Below, one piece after another: positions 11,523-20,673 of a stretch of 64,000 bases of DNA (the stretch's first letter is position 1; every line of letters begins with the position of its first letter). This DNA is from an uncultured Thermoleophilia bacterium (GTDB lineage: Bacteria; Actinomycetota; Thermoleophilia; UBA2241): assembly GCA_963702475.1 (NCBI GenBank), contig CAVPCT010000002.1:192001-256000 (forward strand), written 5' to 3'. The notes below the pieces were generated by a model, which worked only from the letters and a program-made list of their open reading frames with translations, made no database searches and had not been told where the DNA came from. Made by a program: the position numbers and the translations under genes.

Positions 11523-11700
11523 CGGCGGCCTCCCCCAGCCGCGGGCCTGCGGACGATGGCTGACAGTACCACACCGGCTGCGGCGCCCCTGCGGTGGCGG
11601 TCCGCATCAGGAAGCGCCGGTGCGCCGCTGACGCCGCGCCTCCGCCGCTCAGTAGCCGGTGCCGCTTCGCCGCACCGCCAGCTGAGTCCTCTTCCGCCGC

Positions 11701-12762
11701 TCAGTGCCAGGCGCGCCGCAGGTGCGCGTACGAGAGCATGCCGAACGGGATGGGGAGCCAGAAGTTGATGAGGCGGTACACCAGCACGACGGCCACCGCG
11801 GCTGCCGACTGCATGCCGAAGCTCACGAGCATGGCCATCATCACGCCCTCCACGGCTCCGAGGCCGCCGGGGGTGGGGGAGACGGTGCCCACCACGAAGG
11901 CGATGCCGTAGGCGATGAGGACGTAGTAGATGGGCACCCACTGGTGGAAGGCGAGCATCACCATGAGCAGGCACAGGATGTCGAAGCCCCAGTAGCCGAC
12001 CGAGAGGCCGATGGTGCGCCAGTGGCGGCGGCCGTCGAGGCGGAGCCGCCGCCACCCGTCCACCACGCCGTCGAGCCAACCTTCGAGCCGCTCGTCGGGG
12101 ATGCTGAGGCGCTCCCAGCGACGCCCCAGCCAGCCGACGACCCGATGTGCGGTGCGCCGCAGGCTGCTGGGGTGGGCGAGCAGCCAGAAGCCGTAGAAGC
12201 TGAGCCCCGAGAGCAGGACGACGAACACGGCCGCGAACGCCATGGCCACGTCGTCGGCCTCGCCGCGCAGGATCAGTGTGAGCAGGCCCACGCCGAACAG
12301 TGCGTACAGCACGTAGTAGGCGAACGCGTTCTGGAAGATGACGGCGATGAGTACCAGGGAGTGGGGCATGCCGCGTTTTTGCAGGACGCGGTACTGGACG
12401 GCCGCGCCGCCGACGCCGCCGGCGGAGAAGAGGTGGGCGGCGGCCAGCCCGGCGACGTTGATGCGCAGGGAGAGTGAGAGCTTGACGGGGAACTGCAGCA
12501 GGCGAAGCAGGCGCCGGAAGAGCAGGGAGTAGAACAGCAGCGCGCCGACCTCGAGGACGACGGCGATCACCAGGAGCGCCGGGTTCGCGTTGCGCACGAG
12601 GTCGACCGCGTGCGCCTGGCCGGCCAGGCGCGGCAGGAGCAGGAACAGGGCGGCGACGATGACCAGGAAGACGATCGCAGCCCGCAGCCTGTGACGGCCG
12701 CGCCGTTCCGCCGGTGCCTGACCGTCGTCGTGAAGCGGCTCAGCGGCGGGGTCCACGTCCAC
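11701..12762 (-). CDS. Lysylphosphatidylglycerol synthase TM / flippase-like protein (paralog)
   Basis: SAGGVGG, TPGGLGAVEG, YRLINFW. Confidence 0.82.
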   Translation of the reverse strand: MDVDPAAEPLHDDGQAPAERRGRHRLRAAIVFLVIVAALFLLLPRLAGQAHAVDLVRNANPALLVIAVVLEVGALLFYSLLFRRLLRLLQFPVKLSLSLRINVAGLAAAHLFSAGGVGGAAVQYRVLQKRGMPHSLVLIAVIFQNAFAYYVLYALFGVGLLTLILRGEADDVAMAFAAVFVVLLSGLSFYGFWLLAHPSSLRRTAHRVVGWLGRRWERLSIPDERLEGWLDGVVDGWRRLRLDGRRHWRTIGLSVGYWGFDILCLLMVMLAFHQWVPIYYVLIAYGIAFVVGTVSPTPGGLGAVEGVMMAMLVSFGMQSAAAVAVVLVYRLINFWLPIPFGMLSYAHLRRAWH

Positions 12763-13129
12763 TCCCGGACCGCGCGTCGCCGAGCACATCGTCCTCGATC
12801 TCGCGGCGGCGGATCCACGCGTAGGCCACGCTCGCAGGCACGCACGTGAAGGGGATCGCACAGAGGACGACCCAGCCCCAGCGGCGCGCGCGTATCGTCG
12901 TCCAGACGCCGAGGACCCAGGATGCGGCCCAGCCCGCGAGCAGCGCGACGCCCCATGCCACAGCCAGGGGGCGCGAAAGGAACGTGACGGCGAGCACCTC
13001 GGCAGCCATGCGCAGCAGGAACAGGGCAAGCGTCAGCGATGAGACGAGGAAGAGGTTGGCGAGGCGCCGCAGTTCGGCGGTGATCTCGGAGCCGGCCTGG
13101 ATGCCGGGTGCGTGCGTGTGGTGCTTCAT
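12740..13129 (-). CDS. Hypothetical membrane protein
   Basis: About three hydrophobic helices; overlaps the start of the next gene. Confidence 0.55.
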   Translation of the reverse strand: MKHHTHAPGIQAGSEITAELRRLANLFLVSSLTLALFLLRMAAEVLAVTFLSRPLAVAWGVALLAGWAASWVLGVWTTIRARRWGWVVLCAIPFTCVPASVAYAWIRRREIEDDVLGDARSGSGRGPRR

Positions 13130-13624
13130 CGGCTGATGCGGGCTGGCCCCGCTGGCGCCCGTCAGTCTCCGGGATGAGGCGGCGGAACACAACCACCCGG
13201 GCTCGCCGGCGCCGCCCTCGAGGCCGGCTCGAGGGTGTGCTCGACCCTGGCTTGAGGGCGCCCTCTACCGGGCCGTGAAGCTCGTCTGGGGCACGACCTG
13301 ACACAACCCTCGAGCAGAAGTCGACCCTTGTCGACGCTCGAGCCTGACGCGCGTGAAAGCGGAGCCTGCGTCACGGCGTCCCGCCGGCCCTGCACGACCG
13401 TTGTGAACCGCTCGAGCACTTGCACTGTCGCGGTGTCTTTGATTGACTCTCGACCCACTTCGCACAACAGAGGCGTGCCCCCGCCGCCCTCCACGCGTTC
13501 GTGCATCTCGCTTCATCCATCATGCGCACTCGTGCGCGTGGAGCAGGCACGAGGCCCCCTCGACAGCCCCCCGATGCCCCTCCGCGGAGGCGCCTCCCCG
13601 GGGAAACCGCGTCGAAAGGACACT

Positions 13625-14326
13625 GTGTCTGTATCGCTCAAACGGACCGCGATCGCCGCTTCACTGCTGCTCGCCGTCACCCTCACCGCCGGCCTCGTCG
13701 TCACCGACGCTCAGGCGGCCACCTCGCTCCGCGACAGGCTCGACAACGCCCAGCGCGAGTTGAAGAAGGCCAACCAGCGTCTCGACGCCGCTCAGGAGGC
13801 CTTGGATGCCGCGCTCGCGGCCGAGCCCGGCGCCACCGAGACCACCATCACGCCCCTCCCGGCCCCCGTCCCCGTCGCGCTCACCTCCGGCTCCGCCGCC
13901 GGCGAGTCCGAGGAGGTCGAGGACCTCAAGGCCAAGGTGGCCACGGCCCGCAAACAGGTGAGCGTGTGGAAGAAGAAGGTGCGCGAGCTCGCCGCCCTGG
14001 TGAAGCAGGAGGAGCAGATCGACGCCTGGGAGCGTGAGCGCGACTGGATGTCGATCATCAAGATCGCCGCGGCCAAGTACGACGTCAAGGCCGACGGCAT
14101 GTACCGCATGATGATGCGTGAGTCGGGCGGCGACCCGCGCGCCGGCGCCTCCGGGCAGTTCCGCGGCCTGTTCCAGTACTGGACGGGCACCTGGAAGAAC
14201 TCCTGGAACCCGTGGCGCAACGAGAGCATCTTCGACGGCAGCTCGCAGATCTTCGCTACGGCCTACGCCATCCACAAGGGCATGGGGCCGATGATGTGGA
14301 CCACCACGTTCGCGTCGCAGTACTGA
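13625..14326 (+). CDS. Secreted coiled-coil protein with C-terminal lytic transglycosylase/Rpf-like domain
   Basis: GAAAGGA RBS, signal peptide ending AQA, RESGG..GLFQY motif. Confidence 0.75.
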   Translation: MSVSLKRTAIAASLLLAVTLTAGLVVTDAQAATSLRDRLDNAQRELKKANQRLDAAQEALDAALAAEPGATETTITPLPAPVPVALTSGSAAGESEEVEDLKAKVATARKQVSVWKKKVRELAALVKQEEQIDAWERERDWMSIIKIAAAKYDVKADGMYRMMMRESGGDPRAGASGQFRGLFQYWTGTWKNSWNPWRNESIFDGSSQIFATAYAIHKGMGPMMWTTTFASQY

Positions 14327-14345
14327 GCTGAGACACGTTCGACCG

Positions 14346-14385
14346 GCGAGGGCCGGGGACCCGCGAGGCGGGTCCCCGGCCCTCG
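14346..14385. terminator. GC-rich hairpin between convergent genes
   Basis: cgagggccggggacccgc-gag-gcgggtccccggccctcg inverted repeat. Confidence 0.75.
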
Positions 14386-14420
14386 TTGCGTATCTGTCCG
14401 GAGCCGCGTCGGGCGCGCCG

Positions 14421-14871
14421 TCAGGTCTCTGGCACGCGCCTGCCGAGCAGGCGGGCGACCCCCTCGTACAGGTTCACGCCGATCATGAGCCACATGGCGA
14501 TGGCGACGATGACGAACATCGCCGTGGGGAGGTCGGCGAAGGCCACGGCGTGCTCGGGGCCGAAGATCTGCGTGAGCCTGGTCAGCGCCAGCGCCCCCGG
14601 GATCAGCAGGATGAAGCTCGGCGAGAAGGTCACAAGGCGCGACGGCCCCGCGCCGTGCGCCGCCGACCACACGGCGACCACGGCCATGAAGATGGCACCG
14701 ATCATCGCCGCGAGGTAGGAGCTGCCGAGGGCGTCGCCGAGCACGAGGCCCACCCGCGCCGAGAAAGCGCAGCAGCCCGGCCAACAGGCCGAGCGCCACG
14801 GCCACGGCCGCGACGTCCCACGGCAGCTGGAGGATGAGCGCGAAGCCGAGCGGCTGCATCGCGCGGATCAC
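14421..14871 (-). pseudogene. C-terminal fragment of a ThrE-type threonine/serine exporter, frameshifted
   Basis: PSFILLIPG motif; hydrophobic reading frame switches near 14760; N-terminus missing. Confidence 0.55.
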
Positions 14872-15258
14872 CTGCGCCCGGTGGGAGTGTCGCTACCACC
14901 TGTGCTGCGTGGGTACCCCTACTCCCATCGCCCTCCACTTCGTCGTGCCCCGTGACGCGCTGGGGTCACCATCGGCCGGAACCTCCCACCCTTTGCATGG
15001 GACCATGAGTCGGACCCGACTCGTCCCCGCGAACCTCGCCGCCGCCTCCGTGCTCAAGGCCGGCCGGGCGACGACCGATACCGTCACCTGAAGGTGACTC
15101 GCCGCGAGGCGGCGGTCCGGGACGCACCGGGGAGGCGATGTGAGCCTCGTACTCCGGCACATCGACCTGTTCTGGCAGTGGCTGGGCGGCTTCAGCGGCT
15201 GGTTGCTGCGGTGACGTGCGCGACGCAGGTGGGTCCGGCCTCCTGCGGCCTCGTGCAC

Positions 15259-15295
15259 CGACGGCCCCCGTGGAGCTTCGCCACGGGGGCCGTCG
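15259..15295 (+). terminator. Hairpin
   Basis: cgacggcccccgtgg-agcttcg-ccacgggggccgtcg. Confidence 0.65.
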
Positions 15296-15368
15296 TCGTG
15301 ACCGGCCTTCGTTGGCGGCGGGAGGGCGACGGCTGGGCGTGAGGTAGAATCAACGCACCTCACTTCGT

Positions 15369-15455
15369 GCCGGAGTGGCGGAACTGGTAGACGCGCTGGA
15401 CTCAAAACCCGGTGCCAGAGATGGCGTGTGGGTTCAAATCCCACCTTCGGCACCA
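15369..15455 (+). tRNA. tRNA-Leu(CAA)
   Basis: Acceptor stem GCCGGAG/CTTCGGC, D-loop TGGTAGA, loop CT-CAA-AA, long variable arm, GGTTCAAATCC, encoded CCA. Confidence 0.92.
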
Positions 15456-15579
15456 CATGATCGCGCATCCCCGGCGGTCCGAGCCGGGGCCATCTGGTAG
15501 AATCACCCCGTCGAATCGACGGCCCCGGCGGGCACACGTGGCGCCTTTGGCGGTCGCCGCGCGGAGAGGAGTCTGGCGC

Positions 15580-16263
15580 ATGACGGTGCGTCTCCTGGGG
15601 CTCGACTGCAGCCCCCGCGACAACAGCAACAGCGGCATCATGCTGGACACGGGCTTCAAGGGCCTCGACGAGAAGTACCCTGGCGAGGCCGAGTGGGAGA
15701 TCGTCCACCTCCGGGACATCGCCATCGAGCCGTGCAAGGCCTGCAACGTCTGCGGCAAGACCAAGGACGGGCGCTTCATCCCCTGCGTACGCGAGGACGA
15801 CGACGACGTGCAGGAGGTCCTCGACAAGATGGTCGCGGCCGACGGCATCCTCGTGGCGACGCCGGTGTACTTCGGCCTGCCGACCGACCTGTTCTCCAAG
15901 TTCATCATGCGCACGCGCCCGCTGCGCCACCAGGACTTCAAGCTGGCCAACCGGCCGGTGGGCGTGATGGCCGTCGCCGGGCGCCGCTCGGGCGGCGCCG
16001 AGACGGCCATCATCGCCACCTGGCTGCCCTTCGTGCGCAACGGCTGCCTTGTGGTGGGCAACGGCGACGGCACCTGCCAGTTCGGCGCCTACGGCTGGGC
16101 AGGCGCCCGCGGTCACGTGCTCAGCGACGAGTGGGGCCTCGAGCAGTCCTTTCAGACGGCCGAACGGGTGTTCACGCTGGCGCGTCTGCTGAAGGCGGGC
16201 GTCCAGGCCACCGGCTTCGTCAATCCCATGAAGTTCTCGTACAGCGCCGGGACGAGGTCCTGA
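15580..16263 (+). CDS. Iron-sulfur flavoprotein / flavodoxin family (NADPH-dependent FMN reductase fold)
   Basis: SPR..SNS, CxxCxxC..C, TPVYFG, RSGGAET. Confidence 0.85.
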   Translation: MTVRLLGLDCSPRDNSNSGIMLDTGFKGLDEKYPGEAEWEIVHLRDIAIEPCKACNVCGKTKDGRFIPCVREDDDDVQEVLDKMVAADGILVATPVYFGLPTDLFSKFIMRTRPLRHQDFKLANRPVGVMAVAGRRSGGAETAIIATWLPFVRNGCLVVGNGDGTCQFGAYGWAGARGHVLSDEWGLEQSFQTAERVFTLARLLKAGVQATGFVNPMKFSYSAGTRS

Positions 16264-16300
16264 CACCCCCATCCCGCCGGCCCCGAGGAGCGACGCCACC

Positions 16301-16549
16301 ATGTCCGACGCCGACACGATCCTGGAGTTCATCCGCGAAGAGGCCGACCTCGACGAGGACGAGGTGACCGCCGACACGTCCCTGTTCCGCGACCAGCTGC
16401 TCGATTCCATGAACCTGACGGCGCTCATCGCGTTCCTCGAGGAGACGTTCGCCATCAAGATCAAGCCCATGGACATCGTGTTCGAGAACCTCGATACCGT
16501 GAACCACCAGCTCGCCTTCATCGCGCGCAAGAAGGCGGGCGATGCCTGA
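16301..16549 (+). CDS. Acyl/aminoacyl carrier protein (DltC-like)
   Basis: Acidic 82 aa protein with LDSM phosphopantetheine site. Confidence 0.9.
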   Translation: MSDADTILEFIREEADLDEDEVTADTSLFRDQLLDSMNLTALIAFLEETFAIKIKPMDIVFENLDTVNHQLAFIARKKAGDA

Positions 16550-16727
16550 GCCTCCGCCGCCCGGCGCCGAGCCGCACGGGGACGACCCTCCGCCGCGCAC
16601 GCGCTGGTTCTATTACGGCCTCGGTCTGAGCCTGCAGACCTTGCTGTGGTTCCTGCTCTTCCTCGCCATCATCGTGGCCGTCCTGGTGGGCGGTCAGTTG
16701 ACCGAGTTCCGTTACGTCGGGTTCTGA
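16542..16727 (+). CDS. Small single-TM protein, DltX-like
   Basis: One TM helix followed by FRYVGF C-terminus resembling DltX FxYxxF. Confidence 0.65.
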   Translation: MPEPPPPGAEPHGDDPPPRTRWFYYGLGLSLQTLLWFLLFLAIIVAVLVGGQLTEFRYVGF

Positions 16728-16749
16728 CGTCCCGGCACTCCGCCGCATC

Positions 16750-18321
16750 GTGCCCCCAGACCTCATGACCGATGCCGTCGCGCGCCTGCGTCGCTGGGCG
16801 CGCGAGCGCCCCGACGCCGTGCTGCTGCTCACGCGCGGCCACGAGTACACCTACGCCGACGTGTTCGCGCGGGCGTCGGCGGTGGCGGCCGCGCTGGGCG
16901 CCGCAGGCGCCGGCCGCGGCCGCCGGGTCGCGCTGCTGCTCGAGGAGTACGACGAGTTCTTCGTGGCCATGCTCGGCGTGTGGCTGGCAGGCTCCGTGGT
17001 CGTGCCCCTGAACGTCAGCTTGCCGGCCGCCGATCTCGCGTGGCTGGTCGAGAAGTCGCGGCCGGACGTGCTCGTGCTGGGCACCGACGCGGCCCGAGAG
17101 GGCGGCCCGGACGATGGCGCAGAGAGTGGCGCCGCGGCCGGCGCCGGGCCGGCGCGCGTGCACGTGCGCCGCGGCGAGGACGGCCGCGTCGAGGGGCTCG
17201 GGGCGGCCGGCGAAGCGCCGCCGCCCTCCGCGCAGACCACAGGCGACACTCTTGAGCCGGTGCGCGAGGAAGACATGGCCATGATCATGTACACCTCGGG
17301 CACCACCGGCCTGCCCAAGGGCGTCTGCCAGACGCTGCGGGCCGTCTCCTCCAACGCCGGACTGGTCGCGGAGACGCTCGCCCTCACCGGTGACGACCGC
17401 ATCTTCATCAACACGCCGCCGTACTTCACCAGCGGCATCTGTCACTTCCTCACGCTCATGGCGCGGGGCGGCGGGGTGGCCGGTCGGCTCGGCTTCTTCT
17501 TCGGCGCCGAGTTGTTGGGAGAGATGGAGCAGCTCGGCTGCACCGGCTTCGGCGGCGCGCCGGCGCACCTGGTGCGCGTCGTGGAGCCGCTCGAGGAGCC
17601 TCGTCCGCACCCGTTCCGCTTCTGGGTGAGCAGCGGCGACCACCTGCCGCTCTCCGTGATCCGCAGATTCCGCGCCGTGCTGCCCGGCATCGACCTGTTC
17701 AACATGTACGGGCTCACCGAGGTGAGCGGCCGGCTCTGCATCCTGCCGCCGCCCGAGCTCGACGCCCTCGAGGGCTCCGTCGGCCGGCCGATCGGCGACA
17801 TGAGGGTGGTGGCGCGGCGCGGCGACGGCAGCGAGGCCGCGCCGGGCGAGAACGGCGAGCTGTTCGTCACCGGCTCGCTGCTCATGCAGTGCTATCTGGA
17901 CGAGCCGAGGATCACCGCGAAGACGCTCACCGGCCATGGCCTGAAGACCGGCGACTTCGGCCGCGTCGACGAGAGCGGCGCCGTGTGGATCGCCGGGCGC
18001 AAGGACGACATCATCAAGCGCGGCGGCGAGAAGGTGAGCATCGTGCACGTGCAGCAGGCCCTGCAGGGCCTCGGCCGCTTCGCGGACGTCGCCGTGCTCG
18101 CCGCCCCCGACGACATCCTCGGCCACGTGCCCGTCGCTTTCGTCGTGCCGCACGATCGCGATAGCTTCAAGGCCTCCAAGCTGCTGCGCGAGCTGCGCGG
18201 GGTGCTGCCGTCCACCTCCATGCCCAGCCGGCTGATCGCCGTGGACGAGATCCCGCGCACGGGCTCGGGCAAAGCCATCCGCAAGCAGCTCGAGCGCCTG
18301 CTGGCGGAGGACGCCCGGTGA
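16750..18321 (+). CDS. AMP-dependent acyl/aminoacyl ligase (ANL superfamily)
   Basis: YTSGTTGLPKG, YGLTE, TGD, GRKDD, PRTGSGK. Confidence 0.9.
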   Translation: MPPDLMTDAVARLRRWARERPDAVLLLTRGHEYTYADVFARASAVAAALGAAGAGRGRRVALLLEEYDEFFVAMLGVWLAGSVVVPLNVSLPAADLAWLVEKSRPDVLVLGTDAAREGGPDDGAESGAAAGAGPARVHVRRGEDGRVEGLGAAGEAPPPSAQTTGDTLEPVREEDMAMIMYTSGTTGLPKGVCQTLRAVSSNAGLVAETLALTGDDRIFINTPPYFTSGICHFLTLMARGGGVAGRLGFFFGAELLGEMEQLGCTGFGGAPAHLVRVVEPLEEPRPHPFRFWVSSGDHLPLSVIRRFRAVLPGIDLFNMYGLTEVSGRLCILPPPELDALEGSVGRPIGDMRVVARRGDGSEAAPGENGELFVTGSLLMQCYLDEPRITAKTLTGHGLKTGDFGRVDESGAVWIAGRKDDIIKRGGEKVSIVHVQQALQGLGRFADVAVLAAPDDILGHVPVAFVVPHDRDSFKASKLLRELRGVLPSTSMPSRLIAVDEIPRTGSGKAIRKQLERLLAEDAR

Positions 18322-19415
18322 AGGGCTTCAGGGCCGGCTTAACCAATCGCAACCCCCTCGTCCTCGTCGTCGCCGGGCTGCTGCTGGTCCCGGCGCTGCT
18401 CGGCTTCGAGTACTACTTCACCAGCGGCGCCTGGAGTGAGGTGCCGCTCACGTACTGGCTGCGCAAGCCCACCGATTCGTTCACGTACGTCTCCTGGACG
18501 GTGGGTCGTACCAAGCTGCAGCGGCCGCCCGGCGCCGGCGTGTACCTCACCGGCGGCTCCTCGGCCCGCGAGGCTCTCGTCAGCGGCCCGGCGCTGGCCG
18601 CCGACGTGGAGGGCCTCGGCGGCCCCCGTGTCACAGTCATGGACCTGGGCTTCATCAACCAGAACTTCGCAGAGACCCTGGCCATAGCCGACAACGTGCC
18701 GGCCAGGGGCTCGTGGCTGCTGATCGGCGTGAACCTCGGCCGCTTCACGGCGTCGCCTGGGGTCAACGAGCGCCAGGTGGTCGGTCGCGACCTGCTCCTC
18801 AAGAGCGCGTTCCTGCAGCGGTACGTGGCCGACACCTACGGCCGTTACAGGTACTCCTTCACGATCCTGCCGGGGATCTTCTCGTACCTCACCGACAAGC
18901 TGAAGGGCGACGGGCGGCGCGCGCTGCGCGGGGACCTGGCTGCGCGCACCTACCGCCAGCACCACTACACTGCCGCGAAGAACCACAGCGTCAAGCAGAA
19001 GCGGCGCATGGTCGACGTGTGGCTCGACTCTCGGTACCCGGTGTTCGAGCGCAACCTGCCGTACAACCTCGACATGCTCGAACAGATCCTGGTGCGCTGC
19101 CGCCAGCGCGGCGTGCACGCCGCGCTCGTGGAGCTGCCGCTGAACCGGGACATCGTCGGCACGCGCTTCCAGAAGGCCATCGTGCAGTACAGGCTGCCGG
19201 TCATGGCCCTCGCCGACGAGTACGACGTCGCCTACGTGGACGTGAACGAGGCCGCGTCCGTGCCCAACGAGGACTTCCACGACCTGTCCCACCTCGTGGA
19301 GCCCGGCCGCGTGCGCTGGCAGCGGCAGCTCGCCAAGGCGCTCGTGCCGCTGCTCCGGGAGTCCGGGGCGGCGAGTCACGGCGTCGCGGCAGCAGCGGAG
19401 GTGGCCGTCCGGTGA
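18318..19415 (+). CDS. Membrane-anchored SGNH-like (DltD/AlgJ-type) acyltransferase
   Basis: N-terminal TM helix, GGSS motif, C-terminal DLSH (DxxH). Confidence 0.65.
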   Translation: MKGFRAGLTNRNPLVLVVAGLLLVPALLGFEYYFTSGAWSEVPLTYWLRKPTDSFTYVSWTVGRTKLQRPPGAGVYLTGGSSAREALVSGPALAADVEGLGGPRVTVMDLGFINQNFAETLAIADNVPARGSWLLIGVNLGRFTASPGVNERQVVGRDLLLKSAFLQRYVADTYGRYRYSFTILPGIFSYLTDKLKGDGRRALRGDLAARTYRQHHYTAAKNHSVKQKRRMVDVWLDSRYPVFERNLPYNLDMLEQILVRCRQRGVHAALVELPLNRDIVGTRFQKAIVQYRLPVMALADEYDVAYVDVNEAASVPNEDFHDLSHLVEPGRVRWQRQLAKALVPLLRESGAASHGVAAAAEVAVR

Positions 19416-20659
19416 AGATCTACTTCACCATCTACCTGCTGCCGGTCGTCGTCCTCTCGCTGCTGGTGTTCTGGCTGGCGCTGCGGCGGCACGAGCGTGC
19501 CAGGCTCTGGTTCCTCATCGTGGTCTCGGTGGGCGCGCTGGCCGCGCTCAACCCTATCTTCGCAGCCATCGCCGTCGGCCTCGTAGCGCTCGCGCACCAG
19601 GTCGTGGAGCTCAAGCGGCGCGGTCGCTGGAGCGGGGGCCGCGTCGTCCTCGTCGCCGTGCTCGGCGCCGTCGTCACGCTGGCCATCGGCAAGTACGGCC
19701 AGTCTGGGGCCGAAGCCATCTGGGGCGGCGACGACTGGATCGTGAGCCGCCTCATCATGCCGCTCGGCATCAGCTACTTCGTGTTCCGCCTGCTGCAGTA
19801 CATGTTCGACTGCATGCGCGGGGTGATCCGGGAGAACTCGCTCCTGCGCCTGCTGGCGTTCGTCATGTTCATCCCCACGTTCCCGGCCGGCCCCCTGGAG
19901 ACCTATCAGGGGTTCTACGAGAAGCGCAGCTACAGCTTCGACCGCCAGCTCTTCTACTTCGGCCTGCGCCGCATCGCCCTCGGCTACTTCAAGAAGGTCT
20001 TCGTGGTGGACTTCCTGTTCACCATCTTCTTCAAGGGTGTCTTCGACGCGGTCAAGGCGGCACACCCGGACTGGGGCGGCATGGACGACCTGGTGCCGCT
20101 CGCCTACGTCATCCTGGTGTTCGTACGCGCCTACTTCGATCTCTCCGCCTACACCGACCTGGCTATCGGGTTCTCGGCGCTGTTCGGCTTCCGCATCATG
20201 GAGAACTTCCACCTGCCCTTCCTGCAGAAGAACCTCAGCGACTTCTGGCGGAGCTGGCACATCTCGCTCTCCACCTGGTGCCGCAACAACGTGTACTTCC
20301 CCGTGTTCGGGCTCACGCGCAAGGTGTGGCTGGGTCTGTACGCCAGCATGCTGACCATGGGTCTGTGGCACTGGGTGGACCTGCAGTGGTTCACCTGGGG
20401 CCTCTACCACGGCACCGGGCTCGTGGTGTTCTCGCGCTGGGAGCGCTGGAAGAAGGCCCGCAGAAAGGCGCGCAAGAAGGCGGGCCTGCCGCCGGCCGCC
20501 GGGTACGAGAGGTTCCTGGGCTGGATCGGCTACCCGGCCACGTTCCTGTACGTGGCGCTGGGCTACTCCTTCGTGGCGTCCCAGTCGTACCCCAAGGCCC
20601 TGGCGCTCTTCTGGCACGCGCTCATCGGCCCCATACTGTGGCTGGTGGGGTTGTTCTGA
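19412..20659 (+). CDS. MBOAT family O-acyltransferase (DltB/AlgI-like)
   Basis: PLGISYFVF, AGP, YTDLAIG, ENF..P, FWRSWHISLS, GLWH. Confidence 0.92.
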   Translation: MKIYFTIYLLPVVVLSLLVFWLALRRHERARLWFLIVVSVGALAALNPIFAAIAVGLVALAHQVVELKRRGRWSGGRVVLVAVLGAVVTLAIGKYGQSGAEAIWGGDDWIVSRLIMPLGISYFVFRLLQYMFDCMRGVIRENSLLRLLAFVMFIPTFPAGPLETYQGFYEKRSYSFDRQLFYFGLRRIALGYFKKVFVVDFLFTIFFKGVFDAVKAAHPDWGGMDDLVPLAYVILVFVRAYFDLSAYTDLAIGFSALFGFRIMENFHLPFLQKNLSDFWRSWHISLSTWCRNNVYFPVFGLTRKVWLGLYASMLTMGLWHWVDLQWFTWGLYHGTGLVVFSRWERWKKARRKARKKAGLPPAAGYERFLGWIGYPATFLYVALGYSFVASQSYPKALALFWHALIGPILWLVGLF

Positions 20660-20673
20660 GCTCGGTAGGTGCC

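Noticed and set aside
13200-13620. c-di-AMP (ydaO) riboswitch
   Set aside because: Consensus segments not recognised
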